From NCBI RefSeq assembly GCF_006345805.1, contig NC_043009.1, positions 39,432,001 to 39,496,000 on the forward strand: 64,000 nt of DNA, read 5' to 3'. Every line of letters starts with the position of its first letter. Positions within the stretch are counted from its first letter, which is position 1. Below, piece by piece: positions 51,645 through 64,000 of this stretch. The notes below the pieces were generated by a model. The model did no database searches and was not told the DNA's origin. It saw nothing but the letters and a program-made list of their open reading frames with translations. This DNA comes from Octopus sinensis. Taxonomy: Eukaryota. The position numbers and the translations under genes are program-made.

Positions 51645-52324
51645 GTGTGTGTACAGAAATATAAAGAAAGGGAGAGAGAGAGGGGAAGATAGATACATCG
51701 GTGAACTGAAGTGCGGATATGAAGATGCTGTATTTCTAATTCTACATCCTCCTTCGCTTATCCTATTTAACCGTTAGAAGGGACTGCTTTATGCGTCATC
51801 AAGGCATGTCTGTATACATATCTGTAACCTGTGTGTCACAAGTCTAAGGGGTCAGACATCCTCTTGGTCCTCTATGCCGAAACCACAAGAGATGCGCTAT
51901 TTGCTCTGTTAATGGGACTCTTCAAAAGCAGTATCTTTCCGGGTATGTGTAGACTTGGAATATTGATCAACTTCAAACTCTCCCAAATTATTTAAAGCCT
52001 CAAGTTCGACTCTTTCTATTGGATGTAGTTTAATGCTTTAATGCAGAGCTGCATCAGAATACGATGCGTTACACTGGGCGAACCTTTAAAATAAAATGAA
52101 TGAGAGAAGTGTAGAGAATTAAGCGAAGGCATGGTTGTACGGCAACAAAAAAACTTGATTTGCAATCGCCTGGTTTCGTGTTCTTTCCTAACCCTTGTGT
52201 GTAACACATTGGACAAATGTCTTAGTAATAAACCCAGGTAAGCCAATGTCTTCTGAATAAATTTGGTAGACAAAAACAATATAGAATCTAGTTGTACACA
52301 CACGCGCTCGCAAACGTATATAAT

Positions 52325-52648
52325 TATTCAATTTTATTACAAGAATTCTTGCCAATTGGAAAAGAGCCTGTTTCTAATCTGGATCCAAGGCTTTTTCACT
52401 GGAATTTAAACAACATCAACTGGGTAATTTTGTATGCATGTATGTATATGTGCAGATTTGTATGTTTTATTTTATGCATGTATTCTCAGACATATAGTTG
52501 CATGTCCAGACATGCTCATGATACGTCAATGATAAACTTCTGGAAAATTTTGCAAACTTTTACAGGTCCAGTGATGGCTTGGATCTGTAATCTTCGAATC
52601 AGCTTTCTCCATTCTGGGATCGAGAAACCTAATTTCTCAAGATTGGTA
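52325..52648 (-). mobile_element. RLE-type LINE (R4/NeSL-like) extreme 3' end plus UTR
   Basis: NLEKLGFSIPEWRKLIRRLQIQAITGPVKVCKIFQKFII resembles the terminal helix of RLE-LINE ORFs; cut by (TATG)n at about 52660. Confidence 0.6.
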
Positions 52649-53564
52649 ATTATGCAGCGTGTTACATGTATGCATGTATGTATGTATGTATGTATGTATG
52701 TATGTATGTATGTATGTATGTATGTATGTATGTATGTATGTATGCATGTATGTATGTGTTCATGTGTTTTCTTTGTGTGCGCGTTTATATATGTGTGTGT
52801 GTTAGTAAGTGAATCTTAATGTTTTCGTTTGTCTCCGACCAACCTCTTCATGAACAGACGTCAGCTTGTTTGCGTTCCGGTAACTTAACAATTCAACCAA
52901 GGGCAAGATAGAATAAGTATAAGACATACAAATACGAACAGGAGTTGATTTGTTCGCCTAAAACCCCGGCGATAACAAAGCAATGCTGCTGTCAATGACT
53001 GGAGCTAGTAAAAGATAAAATATAAACCAAACGAAAGGATTAAACCAAATTTTACTTTTTGACAAACACACAGACACACGTTTTATTTTACAAAAAATTA
53101 GTTACAGATAATCATGATTATATAATCATTAACATATTAAGACATTATCATAAACATTACGTATTCTACATAGAAACAAATAAAAGGTCGCAAACTTTCC
53201 GATTCCGCAGATTATACCAGTTAGATAAGTGTGTACACAAGACCATTCTCGTGAAAACCATATCCATACAGGTATGTAGGTAAAGGTAAAAAGATTGCTG
53301 CTGATCAGGTCACGCCATGTTAACTATTCACACGTAAAAGACTAACTTCAGATATAAATATTTAAATTAGCTTATTCACCTCTCAACCATCATGAGAATC
53401 ATAATAAGCAAAAGTAAAGGTTGTTTAATTAGGTGGTGAAATCACTGATGCTAAACATTAGACAAACTAAGGAACACACTGACTAAATGGCATCTATAGG
53501 ACGACTATATATGACTCTACGTATATATAAGTAATTATATATTTAATTCTTCTTCTTGTTCTTG

Positions 53565-53713
53565 TTCTTGTTCTTCTTGGTCTTTCTTCCTTCTTCTTCT
53601 TCTTTCTTCTTCTTCTTCTTCTTCTTTTTTCTTCCTCCTTCTTCTTCTTCTTCTTCTTCCCCTCTTCTTCTTCTTCTTCCCTCTTCTTCTCTTCTTTCTT
53701 CTTCTTTCTTTTT

Positions 53714-53803
<90 letters not shown>

Positions 53804-53885
53804 CCCTTCCTCCTCGTTCTCCTCCTTCTCCTTTTTCTAATTCTTCTTCCTCCTCTTCTTCTTCTTCTTTTTCTTTACTCATATA
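53565..53885. repeat. (CTT)n/(CTA)n/(CTG)n triplet array
   Basis: Direct reading. Confidence 0.95.
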
Positions 53886-53911
53886 TCTATTTATCTATCT
53901 ATATGCATACA

Positions 53912-54255
53912 TGACTCGGTGGTTAGAGCGTCAGGCTCACAATCACGAGGGAAGTGAGTTCGATTCCCGAGCAGGGCTGTGTGTTGTGTTCTTGAGCAAG
54001 ACACTTTATTTCACGTTGCTCCAGTTCACTCAGCTGTAGAAATGAGTTGCGACGACACTGGTTCCAATCTGTATTGGACTTTGCCTTTCCCCTTGGATAA
54101 CATCGGTAGCGTAGAGATGGGAGGCTGTAATGTAGGGTCGAATGCTGGTCTTCCGTAAGCAACCTTGCTGGACTTGTGCCTGAGAGGGTAACTTTCTAGG
54201 TACAATCCCATAGTCATTCATGACCAACAGAGGTTTTTACTCTTTACTCTTTCTC
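53912..54255 (+). mobile_element. SINE family C (tRNA head plus CORE-like domain)
   Basis: ggtggttagagcg (A box), gagttcgattccc (B box), ttcttgagcaagacacttta..ctccagttcactcagctgtagaaatgag (resembles the MIR/CORE domain), tail (tttactc)n. Confidence 0.85.
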
Positions 54256-54279
54256 TTTATATTATCTATTATATATATC

Positions 54280-54568
54280 GAAGAAGAAGAAGAAGAAGAA
54301 GAAAAAAGAAGAAAAAAAGAAGAAGAAAGAAAGAGGGAAAAGAAAGAAAGAAGAAAGAAGAGAAGAAAAAAGGAAAGAAAGAAAGAAGAAGAAAAGAAGA
54401 AAGAAGAGAAGAAGAAAGAAAGAGAAAGAAAAAGAAGAGAAGAAGGAAGAAAGAAGAAAAGAAGAGAAAAGAAGAAGAAGAAGAGAAGAAGAAGAAGAAG
54501 AAAGAAGAAGAGAAGAAGAAGAGAAGAGAAGAAGAAGAAGAAGAAGAAGAAGAGAAGAAGAAGAAAAC
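54280..54568. repeat. Pure polypurine (GAA)n-rich tract
   Basis: About 290 bp with only A and G. Confidence 0.95.
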
Positions 54569-54817
54569 GTTGGATATATATCCACAGCCTGAAGGACGAT
54601 AAAATCCTCGAAGGCAGTTATATGCGAATGTTTGGATTGGGTTTCAATGATTGACTATCTGAAGATCATTGGAACATTCAAAAGAAATGAACAAATTTAC
54701 AAAATAAGTTCTCCGTAAATAAATAACTTGCAGATAATTTGATTTATCAGGTTAATGAAGTAATACTGAAATTAATTAAATAAACCTCAATATTTCAATG
54801 ATGTTTTAACCATGTTA

Positions 54818-54851
<34 letters not shown>

Positions 54852-54934
54852 TATTATTATTATTATTATAATTATTATTATTATTATAATTATTATTATT
54901 ATTATAATTATATTATTATTATCATCATCATCAT

Positions 54935-55515
54935 TGAGTAAGAGAGCACTGCATGCCATCAAAGTGACACTGGGGTAAAATATACGAAGCCCAGTATAAC
55001 CATCATGACTACCCGTCTGATAAGGCTACATCAGGTAAATGCATCACAACCATATGTGCGCCACATAGTGATCTCATATCAAGATAAACAGCACATGACC
55101 TTGCAGGTGGGGCCCAGTTGGAATTTTCTTCTGGTCGAGTAACCCATCTCGCTCAAAAGGTCCCCGAATAAGGGTTGTTTAAGGATGCTGAACGAAACCC
55201 ATGCTTCCAGAGGTAAATTATTCAAATCCCAAAGAATCCTTCTCAATACATGGCTATGATGCTCCCCCACTACTTCTGCTCGTGATCAGAGATGCACATA
55301 TCGTCAGCCACTAACGAACATGCTCAATTTGTTAAGGTCAAACAACTGACAAGCAAATCTGTGGTGGTATGAGCGAATATTTGCTGTAGCGATCTTTTAT
55401 ACCAAGACAGAACAATGTACATGATAACACTTCCAATCAGTTAAGATCAGAAGCCATGAGAGCCTCTGCCTGGTACTGCATCAGAGCCTCTGCCTGGTAC
55501 TGCATCATCTGCCTG

Positions 55516-55518
<3 letters not shown>
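54935..55518 (-). mobile_element. Orphan non-coding retroposon E, longest copy
   Basis: (ATT/ATC)n at both ends; tandem 24-bp duplication near its 5' end (agagcctctgcctggtactgcatc x2); no ORF. Confidence 0.85.
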
Positions 55519-55585
<67 letters not shown>

Positions 55586-55586
<1 letters not shown>

Positions 55587-56025
55587 GAGTGAGAGAGCAG
55601 TTCATGCCATCAAAGTGCCACTGGGGTAAAATATACGAAGCCAAATATACCCATCATGACTACCCGTCTGATGAGGGTACACCAGCACATGCATCACAAC
55701 CATATGTGCGCGACATGGTGATCTCATATCAAGATAAACAGCACATGACCTTGCAGGTGGGGCCCAGTTAGAATTTTTTCTTCGGGTTGAGTAGCCCATC
55801 CTGCTCAAAGGTCCCGATTAAGGGTTGTTTAAGGATGTTGAACGAAACACCCATATTTCCAGAGGTGAATTATTCAAACCCCAAGAATCCCTCTCACACA
55901 TGGCTATGATGCTCCCCCACTACTTCTGCTCGTGATCAGAGATGCACATATTGTCAGCCACTAAGGGACATGCTCAACTGGTTAAGGTCAAACAACTGAC
56001 AAGCAAATCTGTGGTATTGAGCGAA
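55586..56025 (-). mobile_element. Orphan non-coding retroposon E, 5'-truncated tandem copy
   Basis: Collinear with 54935-55385; separated from it by pure (ATT)n. Confidence 0.85.
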
Positions 56026-56035
56026 ATTATTATTA

Positions 56036-56070
<35 letters not shown>

Positions 56071-56101
56071 TATTATTTTTATTATTGTTATTATTGTTGT
56101 T

Positions 56102-56134
<33 letters not shown>

Positions 56135-56145
56135 GCTGTTGCTGC

Positions 56146-56176
<31 letters not shown>

Positions 56177-56197
56177 ATTATTATATTTTTATTATTA

Positions 56198-56255
<58 letters not shown>

Positions 56256-56292
56256 CATGTACATGATAAGTTAAGATCAATTGTATTATCCT

Positions 56293-56637
56293 TATTACCT
56301 CCGCCTTAGCGAAGGTGGAGTTATTGTTTTCAGTCGTGTTTGATTGTCAGTGGACAAGATATCGCAAGAAACGCTGGATGGATTCCAAAGAAATTGTCAG
56401 GGATGTTTGGCCTCATGACTGGCTCGAACTGATTAGATTTTGGGATCGATCCGGTACCAGACAAGGATTCTGGATTATTTTTCCGGATTTTTAAATTAAT
56501 TTTTGAGAGAGTATTCTCGTTTGTGTGAGCAGTAGAGTATATTTCAGATATTCTCATTTTAAAAATCATCTCTGGCTAAACGTTGGAAGGACGCTGGTGT
56601 TGCCTTGTTGGAGGTTTGAGTTCTCTGAGTGTTCTGT
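56293..56637 (+). mobile_element. Non-autonomous Helentron-type element (HINE-like)
   Basis: 5' ttacctccgcc(tta)g..ggagttattgttttc and 3' ccttgttggaggtttgagttctctgagtg: subterminal inverted repeats and layout typical of the ACCTCCGCCAAGG..CCTTGGCGGAGGT family. Confidence 0.7.
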
Positions 56638-57444
56638 TATTATTATTGTTATTATTAAATAATATTTTCTGTAAGAGATCAATATTCCACATATGAGCAG
56701 AAAAGTTGATGCGAACGAAATACATGACGATATTATAAATGTGAAATTTTACCACATTACACAGAATTTATTGAAATGATATAGAATGTAATGAAAGATA
56801 CGAACGGAATGTGTTGTCATTATTCAATATAGCTTCCTGTTGAACCATGGTGCGTATTTTAGATCATTTTAATGACTAATCTATGTTATGCACTCCTAAA
56901 CATAAACTGCATAGTGATTAGGACACGTAACTAGTACGTTTGCAGCATAATTCGAATACGATTTATAGGTATTAAGTGTAATTAACGAGGAGAAAATAGT
57001 CTAATTAATTTTAATGATATGGAATACCTTATTAGCATCATTTCGTTAAATTAGACTTCTACTGGAATTATCACGTTTTTTTAACAAGTCTGCATACTGT
57101 CCTAATCAGCCGAATTGCTAAGATGATCTGGTTCTTGACTGATGACCGAGGGCTTCGAATGTCCGTCCTGTGTTCTTGTGTCGTCTCTGTGGTGTTTCAT
57201 GTTCTTGTCCATGTCTGTAATTATTTTTACTGTTTACCTATTTATATATATATATATATATATATACATATATAGACATATATATATACATATATACATT
57301 GTTATACTTGCGTATGGTCGTATTTTGTCAATTAAATATCCCCAAATATAAGAATGTCTGTTTCAACACACGGCTACACATCAGGCATCATACTACACAT
57401 CATAATCTCCATCATCATCATCATCATTATTATTATTATTATTA

Positions 57445-57476
<32 letters not shown>

Positions 57477-57527
57477 GTTGTTGTTGTTGCTGTTGTTGTT
57501 GTTGTTGTTGTTATTATTATTGTTATA

Positions 57528-58149
57528 GTTATTTCCCTTTATTAAAGGTTTTATGGGAACTCCTGGAGTCGTACATGCGTAAGGAGCTTGCTGCCTACAT
57601 CCTATGGTACCGTGGTATCCATTCTTTTCAGCTATCTAATACTTTCCTGATTATTCTAGCCGTGCCAAGGAGTCCAGCATTTTGTAAAAGTTCAACTGGG
57701 CACTCTATTCCAATTTTCTTTATATTCCTCGCGATTCCTTCTTATAATGTCCCCGAGGACCCAAAAGTGATTGGCCCTATCTTTACCTTCATTTACCATA
57801 GCCGGGCTATTTCCTAATTAAGGGGGCTGTATTTATGTATCTGTTCGTCTTCCTTCTTTACTATTCGTGGGTCAAAGGGGCATGCAACATCAACTATGTA
57901 GCATATGTGGTGCATCTTGTCCAACACCACTAGGTTCCGTCTCTTAAGCTCTAGCACCTGATCTGTGTGGATTGGGAAATCCCTGAGGATTTTTCTAGTC
58001 TCTGACTCCGCCACCCTCTGTGGTTTGTGTTCATACCACGTCATGCCTCTCTGTAGCCCTCATTTTCGCACAGTTTCCAATGTTGCACTTTCGCTAATTG
58101 ATCTTCTCGCAACAACTTCTAGCGGTTTGGGGCAAGTCTAGGGCATTCG
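57528..58149 (-). mobile_element. R4/Dong-clade LINE 3' fragment, family 2
   Basis: ECPRLAP..HWKLCE..WYEHKPQRVAESETRKILRDFPIHTDQVLE..CYIVDVACPFDPRIVKKEDE; embedded in ATT/GTT/ATC triplets. Confidence 0.9.
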
Positions 58150-58480
58150 TATTATCATCATCATCATCATCATCATCACCACCAACAACAACAACAACAA
58201 CACCACCACCAGCAAAAACAACAACAACAACAACAACACGTGAATCTACGAAATAATATAACAAAGTCCCAGGCAACAAATCCATATAGGATGTATGAGG
58301 TCAGAATCAGTGAAAATTGTTCTTGTGTCTCTAACATGATCAACAGAATTGAAGCGCTGGTCACAGAGAGAGAGAGAGCATAAGAACTGTTGTTATTGTT
58401 TGTATGTATCAATTCTTTACCATATTTGGCAGAAAGTTAAAGATTTTAGAAACAACACTTCAATATCATTTTGAAAATCA

Positions 58481-58890
58481 GGATTGGCTGTGTGGTAAGT
58501 AGCTTGTTTACCAACCACATGGTTCCGGGTTCAGTCCCACTGCGTGGCACCTTGGGCAAGTGTCTTCTACTATAGCCTCGGGCCGACCAAAGCCTTGTGA
58601 GTGGATTTGGTAGACGGAAACTGAAAGAAGCCCGTCGTATATATGTATATATATGTATGTGCGTGTATGTTTGTGTGTCTGTGTTTGTCCCCCTAGCATT
58701 GCTTGACAACCGATGCTGGTGTATTTATGTCCCCGTCACCTAGCAGTTCGGCAAAAGAGACCGATAGAATAAGTACTGGGCTTACAAAGAATAAGTCCCG
58801 GGGTCGAGTTGCTCGATTAAAGGCGGTGCATCAGCATGGCCGCAGTCAAAATGACTGAAACAAGTAAAAAGAGAAAAAGAGAAAAGAGAA
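58481..58890 (+). mobile_element. SINE family A, full length, young
   Basis: Nearly identical to 44789-45244 apart from the internal microsatellite. Confidence 0.95.
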
Positions 58891-59456
58891 ACAAGGAAAG
58901 GTATTCAGTTCCCACTGACTCCATGATTTTGGACAGGTCAACAATCGTAGAAAAATATTACACACTATTTACCAAAATTCAATTTGGTGGTGCTGTTAAC
59001 ATACACATGTTGACTGTATTGATAAGAACTACTGAGTTGTATGTATGGTTGGTTATAGATATGCGGCGATGATATTAACGAGAAGGTGGAAATTCCCAAG
59101 AATTTCCAGGGAGTTTGGTTTCGCGATGAGTAGTGGTTATTTCCTGCAAGGCATTGATTCCTGAATATGTACACTAAATAGATTTTGGTGATTTTAGTGG
59201 TGTCTCTGCTACGTCTCCACCTTTGCAGAATATTTTAAATATCAAATGATATGACTTATGAGTCTATGACACCTCTATGTGAAAGTTTTAGAATGAGGGA
59301 TTTTGGATTCTATAACCATTGGAATTAGTTTGACTGGAAGTGGTCCTATTATTTGCTGATGAAATATCAATGTGATAGATAATTATGTGTAATGCTGTCT
59401 TTGTAGTCTGCCTGTAATAATTAATTATCTTCAATGACTACATTATCTGATAAAGA

Positions 59457-59513
<57 letters not shown>

Positions 59514-61289
59514 GAAAATATTAATTATAATAATAATTTAATAATATTTCATTCGTTTGGAATACATAAATTGTTTTAATATGCACACACAGCAGCCTAA
59601 AGGTAAAATAAAGTTGACATTAATAGAAGGAAACATAAACGTTAATGCAATATGAAAAGGAATGACTATATTATCGAAAGATTACTTTGTCAATTTAAGA
59701 TAATCTGGCTACCATCAACGTAATGCTACAGATAGATTTTAAGTGAAACGCGTCGTCGAGTCGGCTTATATTCTTGATTAAAGCTAGTCAATACTTCTGA
59801 CTACACTACAGTCACTGAAACAGGCATGCGCATCGCAACATTTTAAATCGTCACTCAATCTGTGGTCTTTGACCTAAATAAGAAATCAATTAAAGTTAAT
59901 ATTACTTTAGAACTAATATGCTCCTCTGCTAACTATTTACTTGTTGAGATAGTGCAGTTCGCCGAAATTGCGAATATTTCTTTTTAACTTTACACAAATG
60001 CTCAGTAAAGAGTAGCAGAAACTATTCTCAGCTTTGTATCTTTCCTGTATGCATTTGCAGCAGCATGGAAACTAGCTTCAATCAAATGGAGCTCTTAAAT
60101 TCGGCTCGCTATGAACTTGCCTTTTCGTTTATAGTGTTCGCTATAAATTCTCCTCACTAGTTTTAGTGCGTTTCTTTCGCTGAGCCTCTTAGAACTAACA
60201 TGATATCAAATCAAATTATTTTGTTCTTCTAAGTTAATATTTTCATGTTATGAGCACAGCAAATTTTATTTTCTAGAGATTTTCTCCAAATTGTATCTGA
60301 TAGAATACTTAGATAACCAACGGTGCAACTACTTATATCCGTAACATTGTTATGTTAGTTCAGCGTTGTTCTATAATATTCGCTCTCAGTCTTGAAGGAA
60401 CACTGATATTCCATTGCAATCAATATCTGATATTGTACATTTAACCCCTCATTCTTTCATTTGACACACATAGACACACACATACGCATGCGCATATATG
60501 TGTAGGGGTATGCGTATCATGTGCTTCCACGTGCATACAGGCCATATCTAAAAGTGTTCAAATGATTATATAAGTCAGGTAACTATGCATTTCATGTTTA
60601 GAAGTAGTTATATATTAAATGCACATTGGCTGCCTTGAATCTTCTAAAAGATTTCCAATATATTATAAAAGTTGAAAAAAACAAAAAAAAAAAAAAAAAA
60701 ACAGAACCAAAACAAACATAATAACAAAAACAACGGCTACAAAAACAAAAAAAAACTTGCATGTCTTTTCTCGTAATGTCTAAAGTTTGTCTTTCGTTCA
60801 ACCACAGTGATCTTGTTAATTCATTCTGGTGTGACAATGATTTTAATAAAACTTGAAACCTTTAACAAACGAAGAAATGTAGATTCGTTTTGCTTTATTA
60901 CTTTATAGTGTTTTTTTTTGTCCGTTTTCTCTCTCTTTTTCTTCTTCTTCCCATTGATTTATTATTTTTACAAGATTTTTGTATGTTTAATCTAATTGAA
61001 ACATTTCAGAAGCAATGCACTTTAAAATTGAGAGGGTTATTGGCAGCCTGGCCATAAATATAAACCAAGTGAAAAGATTATTGATCTAAAGAAATACGTT
61101 ATTTTTTTCTCAACAAACTGGTTTTTGGCCGAAGACATCCAATTACTATTTCTCTTGCTATCAGTTTCTAAGATTCGGATCATTTCTTCAACGTAATATT
61201 CTGCCTGGAAGTTTTCTTGTATACTACATGTGTAGATATATTGTTACTTAGGTTTGTAAATATAAATAGTTACCACTATAACTCACCGT

Positions 61290-61314
61290 CCTTCAATATA
61301 CATACATACATACA

Positions 61315-61350
<36 letters not shown>

Positions 61351-61364
61351 TAATATATATATAC

Positions 61365-61397
<33 letters not shown>

Positions 61398-61405
61398 ATA
61401 TATAT

Positions 61406-61480
<75 letters not shown>

Positions 61481-61711
61481 TGGTAAGAGCGAGAGAGAGA
61501 GAGAGAGACAATATTTGTTACTGCAACCTGAGATTTACTGTATTCATGTCAAAAGATATTTATTTGATGCTCATCGACTAAACTTCATTATTGGTTTAAT
61601 CATAACAAAAGCAATTTATATGTGTGTGTCTGCATATAGATGAATACCTACACAATTATTTACATATGTATATATATATATATATATATAATATATATAT
61701 ATATATATACG

Positions 61712-61749
<38 letters not shown>

Positions 61750-62130
61750 TACATATATACATGCAAATATATATATATATACACACACACATATATATAT
61801 ATATATATGTATATATATATGTATATATACATACATATATACATGCATATATATATATAGGATATATATATACACATATATATGCATACATGCACATAGA
61901 AAAACACAAGCTCTCGCATATACACACTCGCATTCTGTACACACAGACACGAGCAATATATGTGTATGTGTATGCATGTGCGTGTGTGCGTGCGTGTGTA
62001 TGTAAATATTTATATGAATATACACCGACATGTATATATACAAACATACACAATACATGTTCATATACACTTGCACGCACGCACACAGACACACACACAC
62101 ACAGGTACAAACACTAGCATACATGTAGTG
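61290..62130. repeat. TACA/TA/CA microsatellite fields
   Basis: Direct reading. Confidence 0.93.
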
Positions 62131-62664
62131 GTATCTATTTGTCCATACATGCATCCAGCAGAAAATGAAAGACCTATACCCCTTTGAATCCAACCATCTC
62201 AAAAGCTAACCTTCAATTCCATAAGTAAGCAAACACCTTTCAGTCTAATCTGAAATCTTATATTAAACCAATAAATAAATATATCTAGAAAGTAGACTAA
62301 TATTTTCTGACACGGCTAAAACTTATATAAAACATACAACATCCTACACAGCGACTAGTAACAAATAACATAATAGAAAATTCCATGAAATCTTACGCAC
62401 AAATACATAACAATCTCACTATATGTCAGCGAAAAATATACCATAAAATCTAAACCTAGACACTTGATTAGATGCAGTAGATAACTTAGCGAAACGAATA
62501 CATATATTACATTTAAGGACCACAAATTAATCTGCAAAAAAGTTCCTCCTATAAATTTGTCTCTCCCCATTTATTGTTATTACAGAGATTTCTACACATC
62601 TGTGTTAAGAGACTGTAAACTACTAATAATTTCAGTTGATCTATTTGCTGTCACAGTAAGTATA

Positions 62665-63134
62665 TGGTCATCAAATCTAAGTAGAGACTTCAAACTTGAA
62701 ATCTTCAAAGCCACAGTCGAACCAATTCTACTATATGGCTCAGAAACCTGGACGTTGTCAAAGAAGCTTGAGAGGCGGATGGATGGAACCTACACTCGCC
62801 TCCTTATGAGAGCTCAAAATCTCTCGTGGAAGCGTCATCCAACCAAAATGCAAATATATGGGAAACTACCACCTGTGTCATCTCTTGTGAAAGGTAGGAG
62901 AGTCCAGTTTGCTGGACATTGTTGTAGAGCTGAAAACGAGGCAATTTCTACTCTTCTCCTCTGGAAGCCATCTTCTCGCAATACCAGAGGGCGCACGCTC
63001 TCCTACCCTGATGTAATCTCCAGGGATACAGGCATCCAGCAACAGGACCTCCGTAATGCCATGATGGACCGTGAAGTCTGGCATAGCATGGTAAATTCCA
63101 TTGTCTCGACCACGGTCGAACAATGATGATGATG
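62665..63134 (+). mobile_element. Young 5'-truncated RTE-clade LINE with TSD
   Basis: Uninterrupted ORF: KLEIFKATVEPILLYGSETWTL..RRVQFAGHCCRA..AMMDREVW; (TGA)n tail; aagtata duplicated at 62658-62664 and 63135-63141. Confidence 0.93.
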
Positions 63135-63619
63135 AAGTATAAGCCACCTTAAACGTAGGTTAAATAATCAGCAGAATCTGATACTGGGGTAGTCAGCACG
63201 TAAGTGGTGATTTTTATAACATGTATAACATTTGAAAAGCTTAGTCATTCTAACACTGGTGAAATAGCCACAGAGTCACTCGGTAGTCGAACATTATTAC
63301 TATTAAGTAAAACTTCAGATATATCCGTACTGTCGAATGCTATCCTTCAACCTCTAAAGCCTTTGGATTTAGAATGCGCGAAAATCTTGGAGAGACAAAC
63401 AGTTCACAAGTAAACTGAAGTTTCCTTCAGAAGCAATGAGTAATAGCGGAGGATAGTAAATAAGTTGGAGGATATAAGTTGTTGGTTGACAATGGAGAAT
63501 GTGGTGTTAGAAAGTGTTTTTATATTTGCACAGTTTTCTTACATTTGAAATTCCTGTTCATGACTCCTCCTAAACATTCCTCTTTTTCCTCTCCCTCTCC
63601 GATCTATCACTTTCCGTCC

Positions 63620-63651
<32 letters not shown>

Positions 63652-64000
63652 GCTTGTCTTTCTGTCTATCTGACTGTATCTCTCTCTCTCTCTATTTCTC
63701 TCTCTTTGTCACTGTCTTTCTGCCTGTCTCTTGCTCTCTCTCTTTCTCACTCTCTCTTACTACCTGCACTTCACATTAGCAAATTCTTTTTCTTTTTCTC
63801 CTCCTCCTCAATTCTCTCCTTCATAATCCTCTCCCACTCTCTCCTATACAATGCATGCACAAATCAGTGCCCATTGCAGTCCACAGCATCTTCTAATTTA
63901 TTCTTTTATGCATTCCCCCTCTCCAAGTTTACGATAGTACACATCTTTTCCATGCAATCCTCTTCGAAAAAGAAATCGTGTTCCAGTCATCAAAAACTTC

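Noticed and set aside
52292-52819. 175-aa plus-strand ORF with apparent splice sites
   Set aside because: The opposite strand encodes an RLE-LINE C-terminus and UTR, and the ORF end is (TATG)n.
54580-54615. ctgaaggacgataaaatcctcgaagg as another hammerhead; likewise 19448-19485, 19725-19750 and 57138-57165
   Set aside because: The core boxes are incomplete (no GAAA or no pairable stem I), so they were not called.

Overview
This is AT-rich eukaryotic, repeat-dominated DNA. The SINE families and extreme microsatellite load point to an octopus or other coleoid cephalopod genome (inference). I cannot support any host protein-coding gene: nearly all listed ORFs are microsatellite translations or transposon remnants, and one 129-bp candidate exon (2947-3075) is unassigned. 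The window contains three tRNA-derived SINE families (labelled A, B, C here) and mariner remnants plus a mariner MITE. It also has a long-TIR foldback MITE, a hAT (Buster/Charlie) transposase fossil and a Helentron-type non-autonomous element. LINE fragments include RTE (one young copy with a TSD and two with C2H2 zinc-finger tails), CR1, Penelope, and restriction-like-endonuclease R4/Dong elements nested in (ATT)n tracts. There is a dispersed 28S rRNA fragment and a 100-N gap flanked by a probable false duplication. Two patterns are the most interesting. First, four different Penelope-type minimal hammerhead-ribozyme-like motifs occur here, each with a non-canonical core or cleavage site. Second, SINE tails, R4/Dong LINEs and an orphan non-coding retroposon repeatedly insert into and regenerate (ATT)n tracts. 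All calls were made by eye; boundaries of degenerate elements are approximate.
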